Positions 47,163 to 58,638 of a stretch of DNA of 64,000 nt are shown here, piece by piece (position 1 is the first letter of the stretch; every line of letters starts with the position of its first letter). Source of the stretch: Nemertoderma westbladi (Eukaryota; Animalia; Xenacoelomorpha). The stretch lies in NCBI GenBank assembly GCA_032718475.1, contig JAUCBJ010008400.1:1-64000 (forward strand). Reading direction: 5' to 3'. Under the pieces are notes generated by a model. It made no database searches, had not been told where the DNA came from, and saw only the letters and a program-made list of their open reading frames with translations. A program made the translations under genes and the position numbers.

Positions 47163-48065
47163 AGTAGTATATATTACATGGAACCTCGGCCAAGGTCACC
47201 CGTAGTCCATCATTACCATCCATTTCTGGTACTGCAGCCAATCAGAAGCCACCATTTCAACCTTTTGCAGTGGTCGTTATTATTTCAACCAATCAGATGT
47301 CAGCATTTCATCCGTAACCATGGTAACTTCTCAAGTTCCCGCTTATTCCGCTAGAGGCGTTATTAGTCACCCAACGCTAGTACTGCATCCAATCACCAAC
47401 CTTTATTTTACAGGTGTTCGGGTGTCTACACTTAGCATCAGGTAACTTCTATTATTTTTCAAATCGCAATTTTTCACCAACCATTGCATATTCATCTTCA
47501 CATAGCCTAACCTCACGATGCATGGCTAGCCCCCATCCCATCGCTACTCAATCCACAGCTGTTACCCACCCAACCACCCACCAACCAACCAATCAACGGC
47601 GATGTTTGCCTAACCCTACGGTTATTCACCTTTTCACCACGTTACCACCACTGCCACGTTACCACCACCACTGTATACTGTATATGGTGACGACGTGGCC
47701 ACCAACTACTCGCATCGTGCATATATTATATTATATCGATTGCCAACTCCACGACAGCCGTCACCAAACCAACAAACCAACCACTCAGTATGATACATGA
47801 GATTCCGTCACGTTCCAGCTACGCGTATGTATTAGTGATTATTATTATTACGCAATAATTTTTTTGTTTATACAGTAGTTCCCTACCAGCTAATCAACCA
47901 ATCAATAAACCGAATTTAGGCTATTTTTCAGTTGAAGACTTGTATTATTTTTGAAAATATCTTATATATAATCTCTTGCTTTAATCGCAATTAATCATTT
48001 GTAATGGTTTTAGTTTAAAAAGTTTTTACTTTGTTTGTTTGATTTACAATAAAATTAATTAAATA

Positions 48066-48509
48066 ATGTCTTCTGATTCCGATATGGTTATGCCAATAGT
48101 AAGGCATTCATTTTTCGCAGAAGATGGTGAAGCCTATATTGTTATTGATCATACAATTTACCGTCAAGGAGATGATAAATATAAAATCGATTTTTCTGAA
48201 AAAGCCAGGAAAGTTTTAAGCTCAATCGATATTGATGCTTCTGATAATAGTATTCATCTTTTAGATTACAACCGGAAAGTTGAGCAAGAGGGAAAATTAA
48301 TCAACATCTTACTATTATCCATGATAGAGGGGTTTATTGTTATTACACAATACAACGAAGCTGGTGAAAAGTTTGAAATACAGCTAAATCGGCATAGCCC
48401 CTACGAAATTATGTCTTTCTTTATTGTAATGATTTCAAAAGAATCCTTTGTCGAACCTGAAGAATCAACAGATAATGTTGAATATGTTGATAATATCATT
48501 GATTCTTGA
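48066..48509 (+). CDS. Polinton orphan protein, 147 aa
   Basis: Orthologue of 11118-11561. Confidence 0.7.
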   Translation: MSSDSDMVMPIVRHSFFAEDGEAYIVIDHTIYRQGDDKYKIDFSEKARKVLSSIDIDASDNSIHLLDYNRKVEQEGKLINILLLSMIEGFIVITQYNEAGEKFEIQLNRHSPYEIMSFFIVMISKESFVEPEESTDNVEYVDNIIDS

Positions 48510-48679
48510 CTTTTCCCTCTATATTATAAATATTTTATGATTATATATAAAATTTTGATGTTTTTAAATAATCGAAAATTGTAGCAGTATTTGTATATAT
48601 ACAGTATAACAGTTTTGTTTGTTGTTGTTGTTGTTGTGTATTGCAGTAATTATTTTCAATTTACTTTAAAATTTGGAAA

Positions 48680-49132
48680 ATGGATATTTTAAATGAAAAA
48701 TGTCCAGTTTGCTATTCTAAGTTATTGCAACAACATCGAGATTATTATAAATGTGAAAATAAACATGCAACTTGCGTACAATGTATTGTACAATATTCCG
48801 AAATGAATAATTATTGTTCTAAAATTTGTCCTATTTGTCGCGCACCCATATCTAAGTTTAATATAAAGTTGGCAAGTTATCAACCCTATTATTGGAAAGA
48901 GCTTCGCAATATAACTTATATTTCTGCGGAAAGTAATGATCCGGGAGATTTATTTACAATATTGGAGAATATTTTTTATAGAAATGTAGTACGATGCTGT
49001 TGCTACTATATTCCTTATTTTTTTAGCAGCGAACATAAAAAAATTATTAGCGCGAAATTTTCGGGAAGTGATTTCCAAACCGCCGATGTTACCTATCATT
49101 ATTTCGCGTATAAAGATGCTCACCATGCTTAA
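48680..49132 (+). CDS. C3HC4 RING-finger protein (putative E3 ligase)
   Basis: CPVC-CENKHATCVQC-CPICR; intact, 150 aa. Confidence 0.85.
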   Translation: MDILNEKCPVCYSKLLQQHRDYYKCENKHATCVQCIVQYSEMNNYCSKICPICRAPISKFNIKLASYQPYYWKELRNITYISAESNDPGDLFTILENIFYRNVVRCCCYYIPYFFSSEHKKIISAKFSGSDFQTADVTYHYFAYKDAHHA

Positions 49133-49342
49133 AATTACATCAGTCTATACTATAATTGGAAATAGCACCTTTTGTTGCAGCGAGCGTCACATACTGTAGC
49201 GGCGTCGTATGTTAATTAAATATACAGTACTCTAATATTGTAGTTGCAACAATTATTGTTATATACATAGTAATGGTGATGGTTTATTGATATTGATATT
49301 ATATTATATTGTATTGTTGATATATCTTAATAATAATAATAA

Positions 49343-50026
49343 ATGGCTGACTTTAATTCAGGTCCATATAATTTAAACTTTCAAATGGGAACGAGTATGA
49401 TAATTTCTGGGCCATCTGGTTCTGGAAAGTCAACCTTTGTAAGCAATTTAATTAAACACAAGAATGGTTGTTTCAACGAAGCACCCTTGCGAGTATTGTA
49501 TTGTTACGGGAGCAATCCCCCGACTATTCCCGGTATTACTCACCTTTACAAAGGTTTGCCCGAAAATATAGATAGTTTAGTGAATAGTCGAGATTTATTA
49601 ATTATAGATGATTTGTTAACAGAAACTGAGTCCAGTACAGCATTAACTGTATTGTTTACTAAGGTAGCTCATCATTCCAATATATTTATTTGTTTTATAA
49701 CGCAAAACATGTTTTACAGTGGGAAGCATAACCGGACAAGATCAATTAATAGCCATACTTTAGTATTAATGAAAAATCCGAGAGACAGTTTATCGGTTTT
49801 AAATTTCGCGAAGCAGATGTTACCAGGGCAGACCAAATTTTTAGTTGATTCCTATCAAGATGCGACAATTCAACCATTTTCACATTTCTTAATTGATTTA
49901 CGACAGGAAACACCCGAACATTTAAGATTTAGATCTGATATATTTCGTAATCATAATTGTTACATTAAAAATTACACTGACTATAAACGTAGCGAAAATA
50001 ATAATAATAATAATAATGATAAATAA
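49343..50026 (+). CDS. A32/FtsK-like packaging ATPase
   Basis: GPSGSGKST, LLIIDD, ITQN, RTRSIN, KNPRD; intact. Confidence 0.92.
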   Translation: MADFNSGPYNLNFQMGTSMIISGPSGSGKSTFVSNLIKHKNGCFNEAPLRVLYCYGSNPPTIPGITHLYKGLPENIDSLVNSRDLLIIDDLLTETESSTALTVLFTKVAHHSNIFICFITQNMFYSGKHNRTRSINSHTLVLMKNPRDSLSVLNFAKQMLPGQTKFLVDSYQDATIQPFSHFLIDLRQETPEHLRFRSDIFRNHNCYIKNYTDYKRSENNNNNNNDK

Positions 50027-50063
50027 TTAATATTTTGTAACAATTTTCAATAATGTTGCAACA

Positions 50064-50447
50064 ATGAATAGACTTGTACAGAAATATCGTAACGAACTGG
50101 AATTTCTACGCAGCGCTACCCCTCAACAAAGAACTTATTTTATTAACCATACCGCAAGTAACGAATTAATACGGCTCATTGTAAATACTGCATTAAATGT
50201 TCTAAAAGGTAATGTACAATTAACCCCTCATTCATTTAGAAATATTCGCCGCTATAAGAAGGTATTGAAATCACTCAACCGTAAAACAAAAAATATATCA
50301 AGTTACAGAAAAAAGTTAAGCAATCAATCTGGAGGTATACTACAGTTTCTAATACCCTTACTCGGCATTGGTGCGAAACTCGCCGCGAGTGCCGGAGCCG
50401 CCGCCGCTGGAGCAGCTATCGCGAAAAAAATTAACCGTGGACGGTAA
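50064..50447 (+). CDS. Small virion protein with QSGG and hydrophobic tail
   Basis: Orthologue of 13625-14008. Confidence 0.7.
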   Translation: MNRLVQKYRNELEFLRSATPQQRTYFINHTASNELIRLIVNTALNVLKGNVQLTPHSFRNIRRYKKVLKSLNRKTKNISSYRKKLSNQSGGILQFLIPLLGIGAKLAASAGAAAAGAAIAKKINRGR

Positions 50448-50449
50448 TA

Positions 50450-50620
50450 ATGGTTAAAACAGGAGTAACATTTAGAAAATTATATTTAGTATCGAGTAAA
50501 CCGTTAGCTACTGATTTAAAACCTCAAGATATACCTAGAGTAAATACTACAAAAAGAAAACCCTTTAAAACATCAACTTCAAAGAAAATAATTAAAAAAT
50601 TTCAGTTGTTCTTACGGTGA
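50450..50620 (+). CDS. Small basic protein, 56 aa (below the ORF-track cutoff)
   Basis: MVKTGVTFRKLYLVSSKP...KKFQLFLR; TAATAATG coupling to the previous stop; early stop in copy A (starts 14011). Confidence 0.5.
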   Translation: MVKTGVTFRKLYLVSSKPLATDLKPQDIPRVNTTKRKPFKTSTSKKIIKKFQLFLR

Positions 50621-50671
50621 TGCCCTTTATAAGAGATTTGAATATACATATTACTTGCGGTTGTCGAAAAG

Positions 50672-51752
50672 ATGCCTCGCAAGATGAAACCGAAGCTTAG
50701 ACAAAAAACTGTTAAGAATTTATTTAGATCCATCATCCCCCGCGGGTTTTGCAAGTGTTGCAAAATTAGCAAAAGCTGCAAACATCAAACCAGCCCAAAC
50801 CCAGAAATGGTTGAGCGGGCAAAAGACATACACCCTTCACGCTCCACGTAGACATCATTATCCAACATCTAAAATATTTACGGGAGGCATAAAAGATATA
50901 TATAATATGATAGATTTGGTGGATATGCAGCAATATAAGTCGCAAAATAATAATTATAACTATATATTAACATGTATTGATGCCTTTAGCAGGCTTGCTT
51001 TTGGCTATGGTATGAAAACAAAAAAGGGTGTTGAAATTATTAGTATATTGCAAAAAATATTCCAGAAAGGAAAACCAAACAGAATCGCGACTGATCAAGG
51101 GTCTGAGTTTTTAAATAAATCTGTAAGAAAATATTTAGATACGTTAGGTATACAGTATTACGTAATGTATTCTGTGAATAAGGCGGCTATTGTCGAGAGA
51201 TTCAATAGAACATTAAAAACAAAGATGTTCAAAATTTTTACACAACGAGGAAATAATGTTTGGTTTAAAATTTTACCTAAGCTTATCTCGGCTTATAATA
51301 GGTCATATCATAGGACAATAAAAATGACGCCTATTGAAGTTAATAAATTTAATGAAACTGAATTAATGAATAGATTATATGGGAAATATAGACAGATTAA
51401 TCATAAGAAAATAAAATTTAAAGTTGGAGATACAGTACAATTATCTATCGCTCGTGCTGCTTTTGCTAAAGGCTATCGAGAACAATGGACACGTGAATTA
51501 TTTATTATTCATCGTGTCAGATTGGATAGAGTACCAGCGGTAATGTTCGATATTAAGGACAGCGCTGGAGCTATAATAAAGGACTCATTTTATTCTCATG
51601 AACTCCAAAAGGTCCACCCGAATAGTAATATTTATCTAGCAATTGATAAAAATATTAGCAAACTTAAAGAACGTGTACGCAATGGGAAGAAAGAATATTT
51701 AGTCCGATTCATCGGATCCAAGAAACAGTCGTGGGTACAGCATATTCAATAA
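50672..51752 (+). pseudogene. RVE integrase with chromodomain; 11-bp N-terminal deletion shifts the frame
   Basis: TTTTAAGCCGA is missing relative to copy A; the DDE core is intact downstream. Confidence 0.85.
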
Positions 51753-52001
51753 GCTTAGGTTTATACTGTATATTAATTCATTTTGGTCGCATATGACTGT
51801 AATTAATCAATATTAACTCGAATGATATTACTATATCTATAGTTCATCTGCTTTAAATAAAGCCAGTAAAATATTGATCCCTCGCATATACTGTAGAAGA
51901 TGCACAATGAACGTGGTCACAGATGTCTATAATTTAACATTATACTGTACTGTATGTACAATGGAGTCAAGTAGAGAGAGCGAGCTTAAATAATAATAAT
52001 A

Positions 52002-52874
52002 ATGGCCACAGATACATATATCACTCTACTTTCAGATAGTTCATTAAACACTTACCCCAATAATAATCCTAGCGAGTTTACTGTTGATTTAGCCGAAGAA
52101 TTATATATTGGTCCAAACGCTAAAATTGGGCTTGCCGAGCTTCAATATCAAGCAACATACAGTAATATTACGCTGCAAACTCAAATCTCACTCTCAATCG
52201 GGGTAGATGCAAAAGATGCCAAATTATATAGTTTATTTCCTGGTATGCATAACTCTATTCAAGTCATTATTGATGATATAAATAAACTGTTTAATTCTGA
52301 AGCGAAATATAGAGATTTCGAATTCATTTTTAATACAAATAATTCTAGAATTAAATTTAAATTTCCTAAAAAGTTGAAAAAAATACAATTAAGTCTACGT
52401 GGTGATTTAATACAAATTCTAGGCTTAAAACCGTTATTGGATCGGAATCATCCGGATATTCCGAATTGGGATATATACAGTACCACTACAGTAGATGAAT
52501 TAAGCAATATAGAACAGCCGATATTAATTTTAAATTATAGCGGGCCAAAAATTTCGGAAATTGGCATTTTAGATTTTCCAGCTCCCACGAATATAACACG
52601 TAATAAAGACACTATCTTTATATACACAGATATTATTAAGAGCTCATTTGTTGGCGACGCTTTAGCTCCGCTCTTAAGAACCTGCCCTTTAACGCAATTA
52701 AATCGAAAATATATTAATCACGAATACGAGAGCATTTGCTATTACCCGTTGTTGAATAAAAAACTAAAAACAATCTTAATTACTTTACGTGACGGACAAG
52801 GCGAATTAATTAACTTCAGCGGAGGTCGCACTGTTATAACACTTAAGTTAATACGGGGTGGCAGTGATGGGTGA
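52002..52874 (+). CDS. Penton-like protein 1
   Basis: Orthologue of 15590-16462. Confidence 0.8.
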   Translation: MATDTYITLLSDSSLNTYPNNNPSEFTVDLAEELYIGPNAKIGLAELQYQATYSNITLQTQISLSIGVDAKDAKLYSLFPGMHNSIQVIIDDINKLFNSEAKYRDFEFIFNTNNSRIKFKFPKKLKKIQLSLRGDLIQILGLKPLLDRNHPDIPNWDIYSTTTVDELSNIEQPILILNYSGPKISEIGILDFPAPTNITRNKDTIFIYTDIIKSSFVGDALAPLLRTCPLTQLNRKYINHEYESICYYPLLNKKLKTILITLRDGQGELINFSGGRTVITLKLIRGGSDG

Positions 52875-53712
52875 ATTCTACGTAAGACTACCAAGTAATT
52901 CCTGTCCAATTGATTTTCCCCGCAATAGCGCTAGTAATTATCAGATAAATTTCCATGGCGCCTTACCTATAAACCCAAACGAAAACTTGGTGGTAGGTAT
53001 AAAAAGTATATTTTACTTAGCTACATTGCCGTCCATGTATAACAATGTAGAGAATGTTATTTTATTAAAAAAAGGAAAAAAAAATTTTGAGGATACACTT
53101 CCATCCGGTTTGTTCTATAGTATCAATGACATTATAGATTATTTTAACACGGGGGCGTTGAAAGATAAATTACAAATAGTTGAAAATACTCAGCAAAATA
53201 GGTTGCAATTTATTTTAGGGAAAACTGTGCGAGAGTTATTTATAGGTCAACAATTAGCCTATTATTTTGGAATTACTGAAAATAATCTCGGCGCAAATTT
53301 AAATCCAAATTTTAAAATTATTTTGAAGACAAAAAATAACATAAAGGGTTATTTAATAAAGGTTATCGGAAATGGAGAAAAAGCTTACCAGATGGTATTT
53401 TTATGCCCTCAACCACCCAATTCTATTCCAGAACCTAAGTCGAACATGTACGTGACTACTAATATAATTGAAAATCAATATATTAATGACTTTGGTTTAG
53501 CTTTACTTCGTCGTGTTGCGATACCTGATGACGTGAAATATGGTAGCGTAATAAATAAAGAATTTGTCAAGGATACAATTCATTATATCCCTGTAAAAAA
53601 ATCATATAAGAGAACATACATTCATATTGAAATAACAGACAAAGAGGTTAAAGATTTGAATTTTGAATACGGGACAACATCTATTACATTACACTTTAAA
53701 CAAATAAATTAA
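52858..53712 (+). CDS. Penton-like protein 2
   Basis: FYVRLPSNS...; C-terminal LNFEYGTTSITLHFK typical of PX; probable ATG at 52867. Confidence 0.8.
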   Translation: MAVMGEFYVRLPSNSCPIDFPRNSASNYQINFHGALPINPNENLVVGIKSIFYLATLPSMYNNVENVILLKKGKKNFEDTLPSGLFYSINDIIDYFNTGALKDKLQIVENTQQNRLQFILGKTVRELFIGQQLAYYFGITENNLGANLNPNFKIILKTKNNIKGYLIKVIGNGEKAYQMVFLCPQPPNSIPEPKSNMYVTTNIIENQYINDFGLALLRRVAIPDDVKYGSVINKEFVKDTIHYIPVKKSYKRTYIHIEITDKEVKDLNFEYGTTSITLHFKQIN

Positions 53713-53713
53713 A

Positions 53714-54261
53714 ATGGATTCTGATTTATTTCAAAGATACAGTAAACCTCAATATGGTGGTTCAGACTCTAATCTTGCTGTTTTTAAAGGTGGTAGAAGT
53801 ACCAGAGGTTCGACGCAAGTTCCTGTTTTTCGAGGTGGTTCATATATTGACCCTTACGGTCAACAAATTGGCACATTTGGTCCAAACTTAAAACAACGTC
53901 GTTTTCAGCGTTATCGTAGAGTTATGCAGGCAAAAATCAACACGGAGAAGGTATATTTACAGACGCCTTATCGACATTGAAAAAATTTGGTAAGCCATTA
54001 GCTAAAAAAGTTTTACAGAAAGCTTTACCATTTACCACAAAATTTATACCAAAAGGTAAGCGGGTCTTACATCAGCAGGCTAATACGGTTATTAATAAAG
54101 CATTAAATAAAATGAAACCGTCAACAAGGTCAGTTGTAGAAAAAGTTTATAGAGATTTAAAGCGACCCGCTAGACCAATGTCTATGAACATACATCATCG
54201 ACGTAGTAAAAAGAGAAATATAAAGGGCAAACTGAAACACTGCGAAAAAAGTATTTTTTAA
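53714..54261 (+). pseudogene. Basic Gly-motif virion protein, frameshifted
   Basis: Split ORFs 53714-53980 and 53977-54261 match 17300-17863. Confidence 0.75.
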
Positions 54262-54263
54262 TA

Positions 54264-55523
54264 ATGTCAATTATTAAGGAATTAGATTTATTTTCTACAC
54301 AGCCAATACAGACTGAATTTAAAGCAAAGCATTATGAAACAATTTACCCCGTATCTAATCTCAGAAGTGAATCTAGGGAGGTCACGTTCCTTGTACCGAG
54401 ATCCAATGAATTCTATACGAAACTGCAAGACGCGTTATTAATTACAAAATGTACTGTACGATGGGATAGACGACTTGAAAACTCCCATATTTATATGCTG
54501 AATTACCCCGCTGAAACTATGTGGAGTGATATTAAAATAGACCTTAATGAGAAGCAGGTTGAAAATAGCAATAACCATTATTTCTACAAGTCGTACTTAT
54601 CCAATTTATTATTTACAACTTACGAGGATAAAAATGGGTTACTGGGTGCGGGTGGCTTTCATCAACCTTTATCTGAACACGGAAATGAAATTGATCCCGG
54701 CGCGCATCCTATTGACGAGGCCTTTAGTAAACAAATGCAATTTGTAAGTGGATTGACAATTGATTTTGATACTGAAACTAAAATAATACAACCCGGGTAT
54801 GATTTAAGAATGCATTTTAGAAAAGTATCAAATTCGTTTATTTTTAAAATCACTCCACACGCAAACGCTGTGACAAATCTTCGGTTAGAATTAGATGAAA
54901 TAAAGATCCTAATCCCTAGAATGGAGGTTAATCCAGTAATAGAAAGCAGTCACCTAAAAGGTTTAGAGAGTTACGATATTGAATATCAATTCCAAAAAAA
55001 GGAGGTGACAACATTTACTATTCCCGCACAAACCACAAATTACACCCAAACAAACATATTTGATGGTAAAAAACCCAAATTAGTTATTATCGGCTTCATA
55101 ACAAATAACGCTTATTCGGGAGAATTAATTAGCAATCCCTTGAAATTTGAACATTTTAACCTTAGACGCGCGGAGCTGATTGTAGACGGTCTTCCAGTAG
55201 GGGGTGTAATATACGAGCCTAATTTTACAGATGGAACATATATTTTTGAGTATACTCAATTAATGAAGAACATTAATACATATATTAACGGTTATGGAGG
55301 TAATAATATAGACCATGAAACCTACTTAGGTAATTGCCCCATCCTATCCTGGGACCTAACCGCCGACGGCTATGTTAGAGATCCGCAACCGTCGATATAT
55401 ACTAACGGTCAATTAAAATTAAGATTTGCCGAACCGTTGGTTGAAACCATAAATGTAATCGTTTTTAATATTTATGATCAATCATTAAGTTTAAATAGCA
55501 GGAAAGAAATACATATCGATTAA
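54264..55523 (+). CDS. Major capsid protein (double jelly roll)
   Basis: 419 aa; orthologue of 17866-19125. Confidence 0.88.
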   Translation: MSIIKELDLFSTQPIQTEFKAKHYETIYPVSNLRSESREVTFLVPRSNEFYTKLQDALLITKCTVRWDRRLENSHIYMLNYPAETMWSDIKIDLNEKQVENSNNHYFYKSYLSNLLFTTYEDKNGLLGAGGFHQPLSEHGNEIDPGAHPIDEAFSKQMQFVSGLTIDFDTETKIIQPGYDLRMHFRKVSNSFIFKITPHANAVTNLRLELDEIKILIPRMEVNPVIESSHLKGLESYDIEYQFQKKEVTTFTIPAQTTNYTQTNIFDGKKPKLVIIGFITNNAYSGELISNPLKFEHFNLRRAELIVDGLPVGGVIYEPNFTDGTYIFEYTQLMKNINTYINGYGGNNIDHETYLGNCPILSWDLTADGYVRDPQPSIYTNGQLKLRFAEPLVETINVIVFNIYDQSLSLNSRKEIHID

Positions 55524-55549
55524 GTATATTATCTACAGAGGACCTTGAT

Positions 55550-55978
55550 ATGTTTCCAGTGGGTGGTCACTATTTGGGTGCGTTTCCAGCTAATAAATTA
55601 CCTAAATTAGATAATAATAAGCGGCAGGATTATGGGCTAATAGTAAATACCGATAAAGAGCATCTGCCCGGGATTCATTGGATCGCGATATATATACGAG
55701 ATAATGAGGCTGAAGTATTTGACTCGTTTGGACCAAAATATCCAAACAGATGCATCGAAAAATGGCTTGAGAAAAATTCCGCAAGGTGGCGTACTACTCG
55801 CAAACAATTTCAAGACCCAAGGAGGACCACATGCGGTCTGTACTGTCTGTATTATTTGGTAAATCGTATTCACACAATCTATCCAATGAGAGCGTTTACA
55901 AATAATGTGGAAATAAATGAAATAATATTATATAAATGGCTTGTTAATTATTATAAAATAAACCAACATGCGTTGTAA
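55550..55978 (+). CDS. Adenain-type cysteine protease
   Basis: Catalytic H (HWIA), D (FDSFG) and Q..C (QDPRRTTCG) are all present. Confidence 0.9.
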   Translation: MFPVGGHYLGAFPANKLPKLDNNKRQDYGLIVNTDKEHLPGIHWIAIYIRDNEAEVFDSFGPKYPNRCIEKWLEKNSARWRTTRKQFQDPRRTTCGLYCLYYLVNRIHTIYPMRAFTNNVEINEIILYKWLVNYYKINQHAL

Positions 55979-56013
55979 TTAATCATTTAACTTGCTTTTG
56001 TTTATCAGATAAA

Positions 56014-56612
56014 ATGGATAATATTATTTTTGTTGATTTTCAATATTATAAGATAGACAATAAAGAGTATCCGGTAGTATTTAAAGAATTTGCTATTTTC
56101 GATTCTAATTACACCAAAACTAATGTAAAGACGTTTTTAATTAAAGGCCCGTCTAATATTAAGTTATCAGCTTTAGATGCAGCCCACGTAAACAATTTAC
56201 GGGATATGACTTCTCACTTGCCCTGGGACTACAGGGACATTTCTCAAGATGACTTTAAATAATAAATGAAGAGACATTTAAAATATAAAAAAAACATTCA
56301 TGTATTTGGGTTGCTGAAGCGGGCAATATTAGTTTCCCAACTCGATGTTCTCGAGCCAAATTCGGTGGAGAAATTGGGAATATATAAGCAATATCACGAA
56401 TATTTAACCCCCTGTCGGTTTCACGACCGATTCACTACAGTAGAAAGTAAATGCGCGTTCCACTTAAACACAAAGGATAACTGTCTGCGGTATTGCTCAG
56501 CAAAACGCGAGGGGGGTATGAGGTGCTACATTTTTTCATGAGAAAGCGTTTAACTGCGACTGATGATGATGATAAACAGAAAGAAATAACTGCGGTGGAA
56601 GATGTACTGTAG
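56014..56612 (+). pseudogene. DEDD-like nuclease-fold protein with internal stops
   Basis: Split at 56260-56265; matches 19619-20224. Confidence 0.55.
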
Positions 56613-56979
56613 GTTTACTCTAAGCATGTAATGTGATGGGATAATATAATTTTATTTTGGTGATGATCTTGATGTTAATATAAAAATATAATAAAATATA
56701 ATTTTTTTACAACAAGTTCTCTAAATAAGAGTCAATTGCGGTAGGTTAACCATGCACATTTAACAATATGACGTAGACGTAACATGTACAGTAAGTATTC
56801 TCGATATCATTCTAATATAGATATACTGGTATTGCGAAACAACCTATACATCGCAAACTAATAACACATACAGTAGTTGACTAGTAATATTAGTCAGAAA
56901 TGCAACATAAACTGTATAGGATGTAGTGTTAACCTGTTGGTATCGGTACTGATAAATTCAATAATTTATTATAAGCCTA

Positions 56980-57770
56980 ACCACAACTGTCATCCACTTT
57001 ATCAGTACCGGTAGTGTTTTACTCTTCCAACACTGTAGTCACAGTCTACTGGTATCAGTACAGCAGTAATCTGAAGCAATAGCATACTGCTGTCATGATC
57101 TGGATTACACGCAGGGGTCTCTCATATTGGGATTAGATCACCTATCCAAACAATACAGTACTGCAGTACTGTCGTTGTTGTTGTAACAGCATAGTCAGAT
57201 ACAGCATACTGATTTCCTTTGATTAGCATTGTACCGCAGTACCAGTACTACAGTATTAATGTAACAGTACCCGCAGTAACAAACTAGGCTAATGTATACA
57301 ATATCGTGAGCCAGTTACAATCAGATGTGTACGCAGTCAGCCACACTGCGAGGGATGTGGTCAACCTCGCAGCTCCTATCCACAACTGTCATCCACTTTA
57401 TCAGTACAGCAGTAATCTGATGCAATAGCATTTGTTTTTTTTTTACCTATAAGGATACTGCTGTCTACCCGAACCTTGATTAGCATACTGCTGTCATAAC
57501 CTAGAAGGCACGCGTGGCTCTCACATATAGGGATTAGATCCCCTACCCAAACAATACAGTACTGCAGTACTGTCTTTGTTGTAACAGTATAGTCAGATAC
57601 AGCATGCTGATTTCCTTTAATTAGCATTGTACCACAGTACCGCTTCTACAGTATTAATGTAACAGTACCCGCAGTAACAAACTAGGCTAATGTATACAAT
57701 ATCGTGAGCCAGTTACAATCGGATGTGTACGCAGTCAGCCACGCTGTTGGGAAGCGGTCCACCTCGCAGC
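56980..57770. repeat. ~400-bp imperfect tandem duplication
   Basis: CCACAACTGTCATCCACTTTATCAGTAC at ~56981 and ~57379, with long matching blocks after each. Confidence 0.85.
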
Positions 57771-57789
57771 CGCCCAGCCACCCTCGCAG

Positions 57790-58000
57790 CTAGTCACGCA
57801 GTCAGCCTCGCGGCACGCAGTCAGCCTCGCGGCACGCAGTCAGCCTCGCGGCACGCAGTCAGCCTCGCGGCACGCAGTCAGCCTCGCAGTCAGCCTCGCG
57901 GCATGCAGTCAGCCTCGCAGCCAGCCTCGCGGCACGCAGTCAGCCTCGTGGTCAGTCATGCAGTCAGCCAGCCAGCCACGCAGCTAGGCACGCAGTCAAC
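57790..58000. repeat. GC-rich minisatellite, 19-bp unit GCAGTCAGCCTCGCGGCAC
   Basis: Direct tandem copies. Confidence 0.9.
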
Positions 58001-58089
58001 CCGTGAGAGTCATGCTTATTCAAACGAGGTTAGTTTTCCCTAACTACCGATTGATTGATTGAAAAATAATAATGTTTAATTTTCACCTT

Positions 58090-58638
58090 CTAATCACCAA
58101 CACCTAAAGTCACAACACCAAACATTAATAAATAATTAACAAGTTTACTAAATATTGGGTAATAAATGTGAAATTTGCTAGGTGAACACATTAAAGTACA
58201 TTTACCGGTATGAAAGCAGCAAATGACTACGGTATTATTTATTCTTATTTTGCAATTATTAAAAATTTCAGGTTCATATATAACTTGAACATACACATGT
58301 TGTACATATACAACATAAAACCCTGTATTGTTTATCAATAACCTATAGACTACAGACTTAATACTAAAAATATAAGTACATAAATTAACAGATTTTAAAA
58401 TCAAATTAATACTAGTTTTATCAAATATATGTTTTTTTACTTTTTGGAAATTATACTTACTACCTAATAATGTAATACGACCATTTTTAAATATTAATAA
58501 TGTGGCACCAAATATCTTATATATAAACTGATTTGGTTTGAGTATGTGTTTACCAGATAATTGATTTTTTAATTCTTTCAAATTAATCGCTGACACTTGC
58601 TGGCAACTTACATTCTTATTGACTATCTGATAGTTCAT
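58090..58638 (-). CDS. TATA-binding-protein-fold protein, 182 aa, intact
   Basis: YQIVNKNVSC....INLKEL, TLLIFKNGRITLLGSK, YEPEIF, CCFHTGKCTL and YYPIF match the two TBP core repeats. Confidence 0.8.
   Translation of the reverse strand: MNYQIVNKNVSCQQVSAINLKELKNQLSGKHILKPNQFIYKIFGATLLIFKNGRITLLGSKYNFQKVKKHIFDKTSINLILKSVNLCTYIFSIKSVVYRLLINNTGFYVVYVQHVYVQVIYEPEIFNNCKIRINNTVVICCFHTGKCTLMCSPSKFHIYYPIFSKLVNYLLMFGVVTLGVGD

Noticed and set aside
57723-58043. 106-aa ORF
   Set aside because: Translation of the 19-bp minisatellite.
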